Under the pieces are notes generated by a model. That model did no database searches and was not told the origin of the DNA. It worked only from the letters and a program-made list of their open reading frames with translations. From NCBI GenBank assembly GCA_963753595.1, contig CAVWCX010000034.1:1-64000 (forward strand): a DNA stretch of 64,000 nt, in the 5' to 3' direction. The position numbers were made by a program, and so were the translations under genes. Positions 9,572 to 20,262 of this stretch are shown piece by piece (the first letter of the stretch is position 1; the number at the start of each line of letters is the position of its first letter). Source of the stretch: Candidatus Methanoperedenaceae archaeon (GTDB taxonomy: Archaea > Halobacteriota > Methanosarcinia > Methanosarcinales > Methanoperedenaceae).

Positions 9572-11301
9572 GAGGCTGTCCGATAATTAACTGAAAAACT
9601 CTCCGATTTTTCCATAATTCCAAATTATAATCAAGCCCATTGCTTGCGAAATAATTTCAAAACATTTATATCATACAAATACAGTTTTTAAATAAATATG
9701 ACTTTCTATAAAGACCTCAAAGACCAGGAACTGCTCTTACCTCCAAACATTCGTGATATGATACCAAAAAATCACATCTGCCATCTGGTTGATAAAATAA
9801 TCCAGAATATGGATCTATCTGATATCGAAAAGGAATACGAAGGAGCAGGACACCCCGCATATCATCCAAAACTCATCCTCAAGCTTCTGATATTGGGTCA
9901 AATAGATGGAGTACGTTCATCAAGGATAATAGCAAAAAATGCTAGAGAGAACGTGGTATACATTTACCTTGCAGGTCTTCTCCAACCTGATTTCAGGACG
10001 ATAAGCGACTTTCGGAAAAACAATCTTGAAATGGTCAAATCATCATTTCATGAAGTTGTAAAATTCGCAAAAGATCTTGGCATGGTATCTCTTGGTCACA
10101 TATGCATTGATGGAACAAAAATAAAAGCCAATGCATCAAATCACAGTGCAGTAACAAAAGATGATTTTTTAAAATTGAAGGAACTCGTTGAAAGAGAACT
10201 GGAAGAAGGCATCAGAATAGACGAGGAAGAGGACAGGATCCATGGTGATAAGAATATCGATGAGCTGCCAGATAACATCTTTGACAAAACGATAGCGGAA
10301 AAATTGAAAGAGAAATATCAGTCAGGGAGCAAAGAACAAAAAGAAAAAATCAAGAAACAGGTTGATAAGATCGAAAAAGAAATCGAAAAATCAGAGAGTG
10401 CCATCAGTGCTACTGATCCTGAAAGCAGGTTCATGCCAAATAACAAGAAGGTCACTGAATATTCCTATAATCCTCAGATAACAGCGGATTCTTCTTTTGG
10501 GATAATCATTTCCAACGATGTCACGTCAGAGGTAAGGGATGCAAATCAGCTTAAGCCTCAGATAATACAGGCAGAAGAGAATGTTGGAACCCTTCCGGAA
10601 GGTACGAAGGTGAGTGCTGATAATGGATATTCAAGCAGCAAGAATCTCAAATTCATGAAGAAAAAAAAGCTGGATGGCTATATCCCGGATGAAAAAACGG
10701 CATCAAACCTGAACAAAAATGAAGGAAAACCAGAAAACCCATTCGGTAAAGAGAATTTCGATTATGACCCGATAGAAGATTGTTTCATTTGCCCCAATAA
10801 TCAGAAACTGACGTTCCGTTTTGAGTATGTGGATATTGCCAAAAACAGAAATGTGCGGATTTATAAAGGCACTCAGTGTAAGCAATGTCCTGATCGTAAA
10901 AAATGTTCAAAGAACTCTCGGGATGGAAAAGTGATCAAGAATTATGAGGGGATGGAAGAGGAAAGAAGGAAGATGGCTTCTAAATTGATGTCAAAAGAGG
11001 GAGCATTGACATATCAGACGAGGAAAAAGGTCGTGGAGTGCATCTTTGGTCATATCAAGAGGAATCTTGGGTTCAGGGAATTTCTGTTGAGAGGGATTAA
11101 TGGGGCGAAAATTGAGTTCAATCTTACCTGCATTGCTTCAAACCTGAGAAGAATGTGGAACTTTTTGAATGGATTTATTGAAGTAAGATGTTAAATTGGA
11201 GAAGAAGTATCGTTTTTTTTTGTTTGTCTGAAAAATTAGGCAATTATTGCTGAAACATTGCTTGAATAAACTGTATTTGATATCAAATGTCAGTCAACCT
11301 C
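9572..11301 (+). mobile_element. IS1182-family insertion sequence (about 1730 bp)
   Basis: Imperfect IRs GAGGCTGTCCGATAATT / GAGGTTGACTGACATTT (reverse complement of right end); TTAA duplicated at 9568-9571 and 11302-11305. Confidence 0.85.
9698..11194 (+). CDS. IS1182-family DDE transposase
   Basis: GHPAYHPK, PDFRTISDFR, IDGTKIKANAS, ADNGY, RKKVVECIFGHIK. Confidence 0.95.
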   Translation: MTFYKDLKDQELLLPPNIRDMIPKNHICHLVDKIIQNMDLSDIEKEYEGAGHPAYHPKLILKLLILGQIDGVRSSRIIAKNARENVVYIYLAGLLQPDFRTISDFRKNNLEMVKSSFHEVVKFAKDLGMVSLGHICIDGTKIKANASNHSAVTKDDFLKLKELVERELEEGIRIDEEEDRIHGDKNIDELPDNIFDKTIAEKLKEKYQSGSKEQKEKIKKQVDKIEKEIEKSESAISATDPESRFMPNNKKVTEYSYNPQITADSSFGIIISNDVTSEVRDANQLKPQIIQAEENVGTLPEGTKVSADNGYSSSKNLKFMKKKKLDGYIPDEKTASNLNKNEGKPENPFGKENFDYDPIEDCFICPNNQKLTFRFEYVDIAKNRNVRIYKGTQCKQCPDRKKCSKNSRDGKVIKNYEGMEEERRKMASKLMSKEGALTYQTRKKVVECIFGHIKRNLGFREFLLRGINGAKIEFNLTCIASNLRRMWNFLNGFIEVRC

Positions 11302-11384
11302 TTAAGTCCGGGGTTTGTGACTGCGTGCGATAGGGGTTTATGCATCCATATTTATGCTTAATGAGGGCAAGTACGTGGATGTAA

Positions 11385-11735
11385 TTATATTATTTCTACT
11401 AAATCGGGTTTATCCTCAGCAATTTTTTCTAAGAGTATAATCTCGCCAAAAAGTTTTTCGTATTGCTTAAGAAGTTTTCCCAACCACTCATATGTTCTAC
11501 GCGCTTGTTGCGGTGTTAATTTTACTTGCACTTCATCCACCATCTCTGCACCTCTACCATCTACATTATCTAAACCTATAGTGGAATCAATTATCTCACT
11601 TTGAATTACATAGACGAAATAACCTTCCTTTATACCACCGAGTATTCTATCTTGAGTTATCTGTCTAAATTCTTCTGACCGTACAGATTTTATTTTTTGT
11701 GCCTCTGTCTTAATTTTAATTCTCTCATCAACCAT
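11385..11735 (-). CDS. DUF3467-like hypothetical protein
   Basis: C-terminal VKLTPQQARR...L...LKQYEKLFGEI pattern. Confidence 0.6.
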   Translation of the reverse strand: MVDERIKIKTEAQKIKSVRSEEFRQITQDRILGGIKEGYFVYVIQSEIIDSTIGLDNVDGRGAEMVDEVQVKLTPQQARRTYEWLGKLLKQYEKLFGEIILLEKIAEDKPDLVEII

Positions 11736-11747
11736 TTCTTAACCTCA

Positions 11748-12209
11748 TTAAGCAGCAACAACCAAGTCTTTTCGTAGTGTGCCTTCTAATCCCATTATAT
11801 ATATATACGGTGAATTCGAAGATAATCCTGTATCCAAAAATCCATTAGACGAATAGACATTAATTGGTTCTTCAATTTCAGGTTTTATTGAATCATATAG
11901 CTGGTTATATTGTTCTTGCTCGGATTTGTCTTCTTCTGCCATAGCAAAACTGTGGGCTAATACAGCCTTAATCAAACAGCTCACTATTTCGTTATCCTTC
12001 AATCTAAATTTCTTAATTCTTGCACTTTCATCTGAAATCTCCACAATTTTATTGAGGATAAGCTCAGGTAATTTCTCATGTATTGTCGTTCTTGATAGGC
12101 CAACGCATTCACCAATTTCTGTTTGATTATATTCTTCACTTGGATTTTCAGCTAGGAAATCTATAATTTCTATACTAGATGTACGACCAAGGAAATCTTG
12201 CAAAGACAT
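11748..12209 (-). CDS. Winged-helix DNA-binding protein
   Basis: IIDFLAEN...YNQTEIGECVGLSRTTIHEKLPEL HTH; GGAGG RBS. Confidence 0.8.
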   Translation of the reverse strand: MSLQDFLGRTSSIEIIDFLAENPSEEYNQTEIGECVGLSRTTIHEKLPELILNKIVEISDESARIKKFRLKDNEIVSCLIKAVLAHSFAMAEEDKSEQEQYNQLYDSIKPEIEEPINVYSSNGFLDTGLSSNSPYIYIMGLEGTLRKDLVVAA

Positions 12210-12330
12210 AAATTCCTCCTAAGTGTAAGATTATTCTAACACTTTTTGAGTCTTTTTGATATTTTATATATACATATGTTAACTTAATTGGACATAAACT
12301 TTATGTTTAACTTCAGTCATCATAACTCAA

Positions 12331-12630
12331 ATGACGTGTGGATTTTCGGAAAAAGAATTAAAATTATTATATAAAATATCTTATAAAGGGAGATGGTGTG
12401 ATAAACATATCAGTATAGAAGATTTACTAAGCGGTAATCCGATACATCTAACAGGTGAATATCGTGAAGCGATTGAAAATTTAATAAAAAAACAATGGTT
12501 ACGACCATATAAATCGCAAGGTAGGAATGATGTATGCATCGAGAAAAAAAGGAGACATCAAGTTATAGAGATTTTGAAAGCTCATGTAAAAGAATATGCT
12601 TTTATTAAAAACATGGAGTTTATAAGATAA
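12331..12630 (+). CDS. Hypothetical protein (possible winged helix)
   Basis: 99-aa ORF divergent from the HTH gene, AT-rich promoter region. Confidence 0.6.
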   Translation: MTCGFSEKELKLLYKISYKGRWCDKHISIEDLLSGNPIHLTGEYREAIENLIKKQWLRPYKSQGRNDVCIEKKRRHQVIEILKAHVKEYAFIKNMEFIR

Positions 12631-12723
12631 ATCCTGTTTACAATAAATAGAAAACACGACATATTCTATAATACTAAGTTTCGTGCCCGTACCTTTCCAC
12701 ATCCTTATGCATCCTCCCGTGAT

Positions 12724-12761
12724 GCCTCGGACGTTAGCGAAGCGGAGTCCGAGGTAGTGAC
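12724..12761. repeat. Hairpin element resembling an IS200/IS605-type end
   Basis: CCTCGGAC/GTCCGAGG stem, loop GTTAGCGAAGCGGA, tail TAGTGAC; related to the hairpin split by the IS1182. Confidence 0.55.
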
Positions 12762-13628
12762 TGAAGGAGATTGGAGATTCATGCTCTCGAAAGGCGATGG
12801 ATTTTGGAATAACTATCAAAAGCCCAAAATTTCGGCGCACTTGACAAACCATAAGAAAAATTCTTATAATATTTCTATATATTAACTAGCATGGAAAAAT
12901 ATGTTTTATTATTGAAAGTCTTGGATAATTTATGTAAAGAAGCACCGACGAGCTATAAATCATATTATCCAAATAAAGAAGACTTTGATGAAATAAGCAA
13001 GGGAAGATCAAAAGCTTATATACATTTATTTCTAAAAGTAAAATTTGGTTTATTAAATTTCAATGAGAGAGAAAAATATATTACAGAAGGAACTGATGAC
13101 GCAGGTATCGATGCTTACTTCATTGATAGGGAACTTAAAATAATCTATTTCATTCAGTCTAAATTTAGAACTAATAAACATAATTTTGAAGAAAAGAAAA
13201 TTGAGATTGAAGAACTTTTATCTATGGAAGTCGATAGAGTACTAGCTGGTCACGGTTGTTATGAAAAAGGAATAAAATTTAATTCTAAAATTCTAAGTAT
13301 GGTTGAAGTAATAAAGAGCATTCAAGATATTGGAAGATATAGATATGAAGTAGTTATCCTAGCAAATATAAAAGAAATCGTTGGGGAGAAGCTTCGTAAA
13401 TTATTTGGTTACCCTGTAAGTGTATTTAACTTTGAAAAATGTTATGCTGATTTATTATATCCGTTAATGAGTGGATCTTATTATAATGCACCAGACTTAA
13501 GTATATATATAAACATATCGGATAAAAGTACAGGTTCTAAGATAAGTTATCAAGTTGAGACTTCAAAAGCAAAATGTGAAATAACAGTAGTTTTTGTCCC
13601 CACCGAAGAAATAGCAAGAATAATGCTT

Positions 13629-15175
13629 CATTGGTCATCGGTTAAGCCCACCAGTCATCCCTGAACCGATGTCTACTGACATGGGGATCAAGTGCCTGAC
13701 TTGAATAGACATTCATAACAGTCAGAATAGTTCTTTCAATCCCATAATACCGAAGTATCAGAGTAAGCTGTTTATCAGCATTTTCGGCAAAAATCGTACT
13801 CCATCGCAATTGTGTAAAACGAGAACCAATATCTTTTGGATTATACTTCCGAACTAACGAATATATTCTCCTGCTTACTAAAAGGGTAAGAATCGATATC
13901 CAGATAAAGGCTTCGATAATTTGTGTGTTCTTTGTATTCACAACATCAAGAGCGTATCTGCTTTTCAGTTCTTTAAAGATCAGTTCAATATCCCATCTTG
14001 CTCCATAGAGTTTCGCAACATCCTCAGCCTCCAAAACATCTTTTGCAATATTAGTAAGATAGACATGATACTTTTCTTCATCTTCATTAAAAACCGCTAC
14101 CAATCGGAACTGTTCAGTATCCATTCTTGTCTTACTTTTCCCATTATAATTCGGTTTCTTGAATGAGACCTCAACTTCAACATCGAGTACTTGTCTTTTT
14201 AACTTGGGGAGAATTTCACTGATATATTTCCCTTTCACATCAATACTATTCCCCCGACACGTATTATGCACATCAACAATAAGAGGATCCGCACTTCCTT
14301 TCAATCTGGACACGAAGTAACCGCCATTCTCCTTGATTTTAGCAAAGAGTAGATGTTTGTAGAAACCAAGATCGATAAGAAGAATTCTATCTTTTATCCA
14401 TGGACCTATTCGCAGAGTCTTCAATTCATTTGTACTTTCAGGATGAATAGTGATGCTTTTTGGGCTGTTTGCCACGGCACTTACCAACAAACTCACTTTA
14501 ACGCCAGCTGCTACCGTTCTGGAACGTGCTGCCGGGAATTTTTTAGCAAGAGACTTATGCAATCTGATAATTGTGCTGTCCTGTATCATTACATCCTGGA
14601 ATTTAGCTATTTTTTCATTGAGAACTTTGGTTTGTTCCTTAGCAAGCTGTTCAATTCCATGAGTTACACATAGCCTCAGGAATGCAACAAGTTCAGGTGT
14701 GAATCTTTCATACCAGCTGCTGTCGCTCAGTTTTTTATTGGAAAACGTTTCATAATTCCGTTTGACAAAGGCTAGATTTCTTGCAAGGCGAACACCATAA
14801 CTATTGACAAGAACCCAAAACATTTCTACGGCTGTCACTTTTCTCTCTCTTTCTATGAGGCCGGTTTCTTTTGCTGCTTGTTTCAGCCATTCTGGAGGGA
14901 ATAGTGTGTAGAGGTCTTTTTCAATTATATCGGGGTCATAAGATGGGATTTTTGTGTTTGGTTCTTTGGGCTTTTTCATGCTACTGATCCTCTTTCTAAT
15001 TTTAATACAGTAAAATTAGAATTTTTAAGTAATATATGCATGCTAAGACGATAAATGCTTCGCTATATAACGATTATTTCAACTGGAAACCCAAAGCTAT
15101 TGACTAAAAACGAGTAATTCTGCAATCTTTTTTGAGATAATTCATTGAGCAGAATTCCTTAACCGATGACCAATG
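13629..15175 (-). mobile_element. IS4-family (ISH8-like) insertion sequence, 1547 bp
   Basis: Perfect 18-bp IRs CATTGGTCATCGGTTAAG; 10-bp TSD AATAATGCTT at 13619-13628 and 15176-15185. Confidence 0.96.
13642..14979 (-). CDS. IS4-family DDE transposase
   Basis: IQDSTII, LIDLGF, YGARWDIELIFKELK (YREK motif). Confidence 0.96.
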   Translation of the reverse strand: MKKPKEPNTKIPSYDPDIIEKDLYTLFPPEWLKQAAKETGLIERERKVTAVEMFWVLVNSYGVRLARNLAFVKRNYETFSNKKLSDSSWYERFTPELVAFLRLCVTHGIEQLAKEQTKVLNEKIAKFQDVMIQDSTIIRLHKSLAKKFPAARSRTVAAGVKVSLLVSAVANSPKSITIHPESTNELKTLRIGPWIKDRILLIDLGFYKHLLFAKIKENGGYFVSRLKGSADPLIVDVHNTCRGNSIDVKGKYISEILPKLKRQVLDVEVEVSFKKPNYNGKSKTRMDTEQFRLVAVFNEDEEKYHVYLTNIAKDVLEAEDVAKLYGARWDIELIFKELKSRYALDVVNTKNTQIIEAFIWISILTLLVSRRIYSLVRKYNPKDIGSRFTQLRWSTIFAENADKQLTLILRYYGIERTILTVMNVYSSQALDPHVSRHRFRDDWWA

Positions 15176-16489
15176 AATAATGCTTAAATATAAAAATTCA
15201 ATCCTTAAATTCAATCCAAGATGCTATTTAGATTTATCAGATTCTCCAATCAATAGAGAAATCCATAAAACAATACTTTCAAAGCAAACAAATGAATTTG
15301 CTTTGTACAATAACGGGATTACAATGTTGTCTGATGATACATCTTTTAACGAAAGAATCGGCCAAAGAGATAAAGCTGTTTTATGTGTCACAAATCCACA
15401 AATAATTAATGGAGGTCAAACTGCTTATTCATTGGCAAGAATCTATGAAGAGCATATAAATACTGCAGATAAACTTCAACAAATTTTTTCTGGTAAAGAA
15501 GTTTTATTAAAAGTTATTACTTTTATTGATAAGGTGGATTTGAATTCTAAATTAGAATTAATTGAAGAGATTTCAAACGCAACAAATCAACAAAATATAG
15601 TTACTTATTCAGATCGGCATTCAAATGATAAGGTACAACTTGAACTGCAAAATCTTATCTTTCAAGAATTTGGCATACTATATGAAAGAAAACGAGGAGA
15701 GTTCTCAGATGGGATTAAATCAGAATATATTGATGAAAATGCTATCTTACCAAGAAACGCTTTTGCAGCTATTGCTTTGGCATGCCAAGGAAAAAATACC
15801 AAGCCGAATAAATTATTTAAAAACTCAGATTCATATAATCACATCTTTAATAAGGATAAGTTCAATAATTATAAAATTGGAATACATGTTTACTATTTTT
15901 TGAGGAATAATTATTATTCTGATACACATATGGAATCGAAGAATATTTTAAAATATGGTTTTCAAGCATTGCTTTATATAGTAATACTAAAATATCAACA
16001 AATAAATGAAAACGAAAATATTGTTAATAATAAACTGATTAAAAAGGTTACAGATTATGTAATAGATAAATCTGAACAATTTGAAGAATATGCGTTGAAA
16101 TTAGATTCAAATAATAAATACTTTAAAACATTTAAACAAGGGAATACAATAAGAACAACAGCCAATTTCAAAAGGTATTATACAAGAATGAATGCAAAAA
16201 ATGATCTACAAGATTATTTTAAGAATATAATCCAATTCGATTAATTTTGTCCCTTGATTCTATGTATCACATTTTCTCAAGGTAGAGAAACATTTTTTGT
16301 ATCCAGTGCCGCCATTTTTAACCAGATTACATACTGTTCGATGCCCTCAAAAAAATCAATGGTTTTGCAGCCTTCGGAATTCCAACCATCGAGAATATGG
16401 GCCGATGGCCCCGCCGATTCATCGCCAAGTCAGTGACTGTTCGCAAAGAAAGTGTCAATAAACAAAAAAAAAATAAAAACAGATGATGC

Positions 16490-17248
16490 TTACTTAATGT
16501 AAAGCAGACCTTTACCATTACCTATAACATCACCGGTATATTTCTTATACGTCACTCCATCAACTGCTTCTTCACCTTCAAGCTTGAAAACAGGCATCAT
16601 CTCTTCAACAGTCCCGTTAACGATTATCGTGCCCTTGGACATCTCGCTTCCAGGGCGGCTGGTATTTCCTCCGATCACGATCTTTCCGCCATTGTTGCTC
16701 AATCCGGGGAGGATACCTGTATTGCCATTAACAATGATCTCACCGCCGCACATATGCTCGCCAACGAAATCAAGGGCATTTCCCATTACAGTGATCTTCC
16801 CGCCGCGCATTCCGCAGCTCTCGCCCCTGTATCCTGCGCCAAGGTAATAGGCGGCATTCCCTTCAATGATCAGCTCTCCGCCTTTCATTTCCCTGCCAGC
16901 CCACGAATCAACATTTCCCTTTACGGAAATCTTACCGCCGCTCATCTTTGAGCCAAGATGCATATCCACGTTGCCGTTGATTATTACAAGGCCCGCTGTC
17001 ATTCCTTCCCCGATCCTTTTAACACGGGAGAAATCGCCTTCCATCACGATCTTTGTATCCGCTGCCGCCGCAGAACCTTCAACTTTAACTGAGAAAAGCT
17101 CTCCGATAGTAGTTTTCTGGTTTCCCATCCATGCTTCCAGGGATTTTATCTCCTGTTCTGTTTTCCCGGCAAATTTATCAGGTGAGATATTCTCTGCCTC
17201 TGTTGAAATTTTGATCGCTTTTATTGGTTTTAAAGTAACTGTCTGCAT
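16490..17248 (-). CDS. fwdC: Formylmethanofuran dehydrogenase subunit C
   Basis: GxxMxGG beta-helix repeats, AYYLGAGYRGESCGMRGG. Confidence 0.96.
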   Translation of the reverse strand: MQTVTLKPIKAIKISTEAENISPDKFAGKTEQEIKSLEAWMGNQKTTIGELFSVKVEGSAAAADTKIVMEGDFSRVKRIGEGMTAGLVIINGNVDMHLGSKMSGGKISVKGNVDSWAGREMKGGELIIEGNAAYYLGAGYRGESCGMRGGKITVMGNALDFVGEHMCGGEIIVNGNTGILPGLSNNGGKIVIGGNTSRPGSEMSKGTIIVNGTVEEMMPVFKLEGEEAVDGVTYKKYTGDVIGNGKGLLYIK

Positions 17249-17249
17249 T

Positions 17250-18962
17250 TTAGCTCACCTCGACAGGTATTGAACCTGCTTTTACAACCTTCGGATGAGT
17301 TAAATACGCATCCTGTACCATGTAATTTGCAAGCTGTATCGAATAATAATTCTTGAATTTCTTAACTATATCCTTCATCATCTCATTTGTGTCCTTTTCC
17401 GGAACAGATGCATCCACCCAGTATGTCCTTCCCATCGGGGTTGCTGTGATCTTGCCGTCCTTTACGACCACCTGTCCGCCCTTTATTGTATATGCGGCTG
17501 AGGCGAACGCGCTCTTTATCTTTGCATGTTCAACTGACGGATCGATCTGGTCCGGTTTGATGTCGTATATGGAAACATCAGCATCTGCGCCAGCTCCAAG
17601 ATGACCTTTCGTATCAAGAAGGCCGAGTACTTTTGCTGTGCCGGCCCTTGTCATTATTGCTATTTCACTGAAATCAAGTTCGCGCTCAATTCCCGGAAGC
17701 TTTGTTCTTGAATGTACTGCTTCATGGACGGTCTTAATTTCTTCCTGGCGCTTCTTGTTGCTCATAAGAAGGGCTATAACCTCAGAATAATTCACGAACG
17801 GTCCGCCATTCGGATGATCTGTGGTCAAGAGCATCTTATATGGATCTTTTGTAAGCAAGGCAAGTTCAAGCCCTATGGCCCACATGATAGCATAAACTGA
17901 TACCTGCTTGACATAGTATAATGGTACAACGCCTGATGCATCTTCAAGTTCAACATCACCATTGCCCCACTTTGCATGCAGTAATTTTGCGTTTGCGTAT
18001 TGCACCGGGCCGTCAGCTGTCATGGTGGTTGCGCTGCCAAATATCATCTGTCCCATATCACCCGTTACATTATCGTGATTGTTCAGGTAATTGGCTACTT
18101 CATCGGCTCTTGATTCAAAGTCGCCCCAGTTCGTTCCGCCCAGTGAATTGAACAACAGGTGAGTGACATGCAGGACCTGCCTGTCCTTGCTGGCTTTGAC
18201 CTGGTTTGCAAGTTCCATGCTTGCAATTGTGGTCTTGTAGTTGCCGGGCTTTCCAAGATTGTTACAATGCAGATGCACCGAATGCGGAAGTCCAAGCATT
18301 TCATTGGCTTTCATCAGTGACACAATTATTTCTCTTGGGGTAACATCAAAATTCGGGACAACATCGTCAAGACCATTGACGTTCTTGCCAAAGCCCCACA
18401 TCTCTCCGCCGCCCGGGTTTACGCATTTAACGCCAAATCCCCTGCTTGCAAGAAGTCCCCAGGCAACATAAGCTGCCAGTTTATCCATGTTCTTCTCGCG
18501 CACAAAGTCCATTGTAGGCCAGTTGCTCCCGAATAACGTAAGAGCGCCTTTGTCTATAATGGGTATTTCTTCAAGTTCTTCATGGGTATGGCGCGCTTTC
18601 ATTATTGCCTGCGCCGCCTCAAAGACCGTTGTATAACCCATCTGAGCATAGCGGTATCCCATCGCATAGACATTTGGCACCGTATAACCTGTAGTGGGTC
18701 TTGTGATCTTTGTCCTTGGACTTATCCCTGACCGCGAATCTTCGGGGCGCATTATTCTTCCCACATTTACTTTTGCGCCTGCGATATGTGAATGCGCATC
18801 AACGCCGCCAGCCATGACAAGCCTACCGCCTGCGTCTATTACCGTGGCATTGCTGCTTACCTTATCCACGATTTTCCCGTCTTTTATGGAGATATCGGCC
18901 TTATCACCCTTTATTCCATTAGACGGATCATAAACCGAACCGTTCTTTATAATAAGTTCCAT
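17250..18962 (-). CDS. fwdA: Formylmethanofuran dehydrogenase subunit A
   Basis: GGVDAHSHIAG, HLHCNNLG, TTDHPNGGPF; ATG 18962 after GGGGTGA RBS (alternative GTG 18971). Confidence 0.97.
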   Translation of the reverse strand: MELIIKNGSVYDPSNGIKGDKADISIKDGKIVDKVSSNATVIDAGGRLVMAGGVDAHSHIAGAKVNVGRIMRPEDSRSGISPRTKITRPTTGYTVPNVYAMGYRYAQMGYTTVFEAAQAIMKARHTHEELEEIPIIDKGALTLFGSNWPTMDFVREKNMDKLAAYVAWGLLASRGFGVKCVNPGGGEMWGFGKNVNGLDDVVPNFDVTPREIIVSLMKANEMLGLPHSVHLHCNNLGKPGNYKTTIASMELANQVKASKDRQVLHVTHLLFNSLGGTNWGDFESRADEVANYLNNHDNVTGDMGQMIFGSATTMTADGPVQYANAKLLHAKWGNGDVELEDASGVVPLYYVKQVSVYAIMWAIGLELALLTKDPYKMLLTTDHPNGGPFVNYSEVIALLMSNKKRQEEIKTVHEAVHSRTKLPGIERELDFSEIAIMTRAGTAKVLGLLDTKGHLGAGADADVSIYDIKPDQIDPSVEHAKIKSAFASAAYTIKGGQVVVKDGKITATPMGRTYWVDASVPEKDTNEMMKDIVKKFKNYYSIQLANYMVQDAYLTHPKVVKAGSIPVEVS

Positions 18963-18963
18963 T

Positions 18964-20262
18964 TTATTCACCCCTCAATACTTTTACTCGTTCTGTTATC
19001 TTTTCAAGTATCTCAGTATCAGGCGGATGAGTGGGTTCGATCATCTTTCTCATCCTGAGCGAAACTCCGTCCATCCTGTATGCCGTACCTTCAACTTCCA
19101 CACCGCAAATGGCCACCGGAATGACAACATTTGCAACTTCAGTCGTTGCATTCCAGTAAGGATCGATCTGGATTATCGGGATCCTTGCCATGTGCCGTAC
19201 GGAATCACCCGGAAAATGCGCTCCTGCATCGCCTGCTATTATCATTGCTGCATCCGTTTCCTGTCTTAAGAGCACATCGTTCGCCGCTGTCTCGCCGGGA
19301 TTGTAATAAGGTGCGCCGCGGGCAAAATCCACCGCTGTTGCAAACCCTGTCTCCCATGCGCACACATTTCCGAATCCGGTAACATTATAGTGGCCTCGCA
19401 TCGGTGTTATAACGCATTTTGTAAATGCATTCAACTCTGTTACTAAAGAGATGGCATTATCAATGTTCTTGTATCTTGATTTGCTCTGCGTAAGCCCCAT
19501 CCCGAAGAAGATCCCGATGAATTTTCCTGTTTTTAATGTATCCACAAGTTTTGTAAGCTGCTCTTTAGACACGCCACCAACCGATTCCGGCACAACATCC
19601 GCATGTCCTGAAAGTATTGCCCGAAGAGCTGAAACCACAAGATAATCACTGCCCTGCTCTAATTGTACGAATTCATCAGCCATATTAGCGGTTTCGGTTT
19701 TACGCACATCCACAACAATGACCTTTCGCCCTTTCCTTCCTTTTTCCGCGAATAATCCTTTTGCAAAAACAGAATATCGTCCCATATGCCTGGGATGCGC
19801 ATGTACCGGATTGCTTCCCCAGAATACAATAACGTCCGCCCTGTTCTTTATCTGGCCGAGGGTGGCTGACGGAAGACCCTTTTCATGTACTGCAAGCGTG
19901 GATGGGGCATGGCACACTGTTGCCGTGTTGTCAATAATTGCGCCAAGTTCTTCAGCAAGAAGTATTCCTTTTTTATGTACTTCACATACTGCTGATGCCC
20001 AGCCATATAAAAGAGGTCTTTTTGAATTTGCAAGGATCTTTGCAGCTTCGTTAATTGCCTCTTCATAAGAAACTTCCCTGAACTCGGAATTCTTATCTGT
20101 TCTCATCATCGGGGCTTCTATCCTGTGATGCCCCATTATTTTAGCCGAGCCGACTTTGCACGCCTGTTTAACTTCGGTTATTTTGTTATTTTCCACAACG
20201 ATTGTCAGGTCATCACACAGGCAGCCGCAAAATGGGCAGAGTGCATCTGTTATTACTGTCAT
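18964..20262 (-). CDS. fwdB: Formylmethanofuran dehydrogenase subunit B
   Basis: CPFCGCLCDD, TATVCH (Cys ligand), PMRGHYNV, GTAYRMD. Confidence 0.97.
   Translation of the reverse strand: MTVITDALCPFCGCLCDDLTIVVENNKITEVKQACKVGSAKIMGHHRIEAPMMRTDKNSEFREVSYEEAINEAAKILANSKRPLLYGWASAVCEVHKKGILLAEELGAIIDNTATVCHAPSTLAVHEKGLPSATLGQIKNRADVIVFWGSNPVHAHPRHMGRYSVFAKGLFAEKGRKGRKVIVVDVRKTETANMADEFVQLEQGSDYLVVSALRAILSGHADVVPESVGGVSKEQLTKLVDTLKTGKFIGIFFGMGLTQSKSRYKNIDNAISLVTELNAFTKCVITPMRGHYNVTGFGNVCAWETGFATAVDFARGAPYYNPGETAANDVLLRQETDAAMIIAGDAGAHFPGDSVRHMARIPIIQIDPYWNATTEVANVVIPVAICGVEVEGTAYRMDGVSLRMRKMIEPTHPPDTEILEKITERVKVLRGE

Larger units (their letters stand above)
12891..16244 (+). pseudogene. AIPR-family protein interrupted by an IS
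   Basis: 5' part has ITEGTDDAGIDAYFID...IQSKF; 3' part has NPRCYL, FALYNNGIT, PQIINGGQT, ATNQQN; removing the IS and one TSD restores ...EIARIML/KYKNS... in frame (598 aa). Confidence 0.92.

Noticed and set aside
15180-16244. Independent 354-aa gene
   Set aside because: It is the 3' half of the IS-split AIPR; its ATG lies in the TSD
16330-16400. Possible degenerate repeat of 12781-12825 flanking AIPR
   Set aside because: Similarity too weak to call by eye
18964-20262. Selenocysteine in FwdB
   Set aside because: Ligand position is a normal Cys; no in-frame TGA
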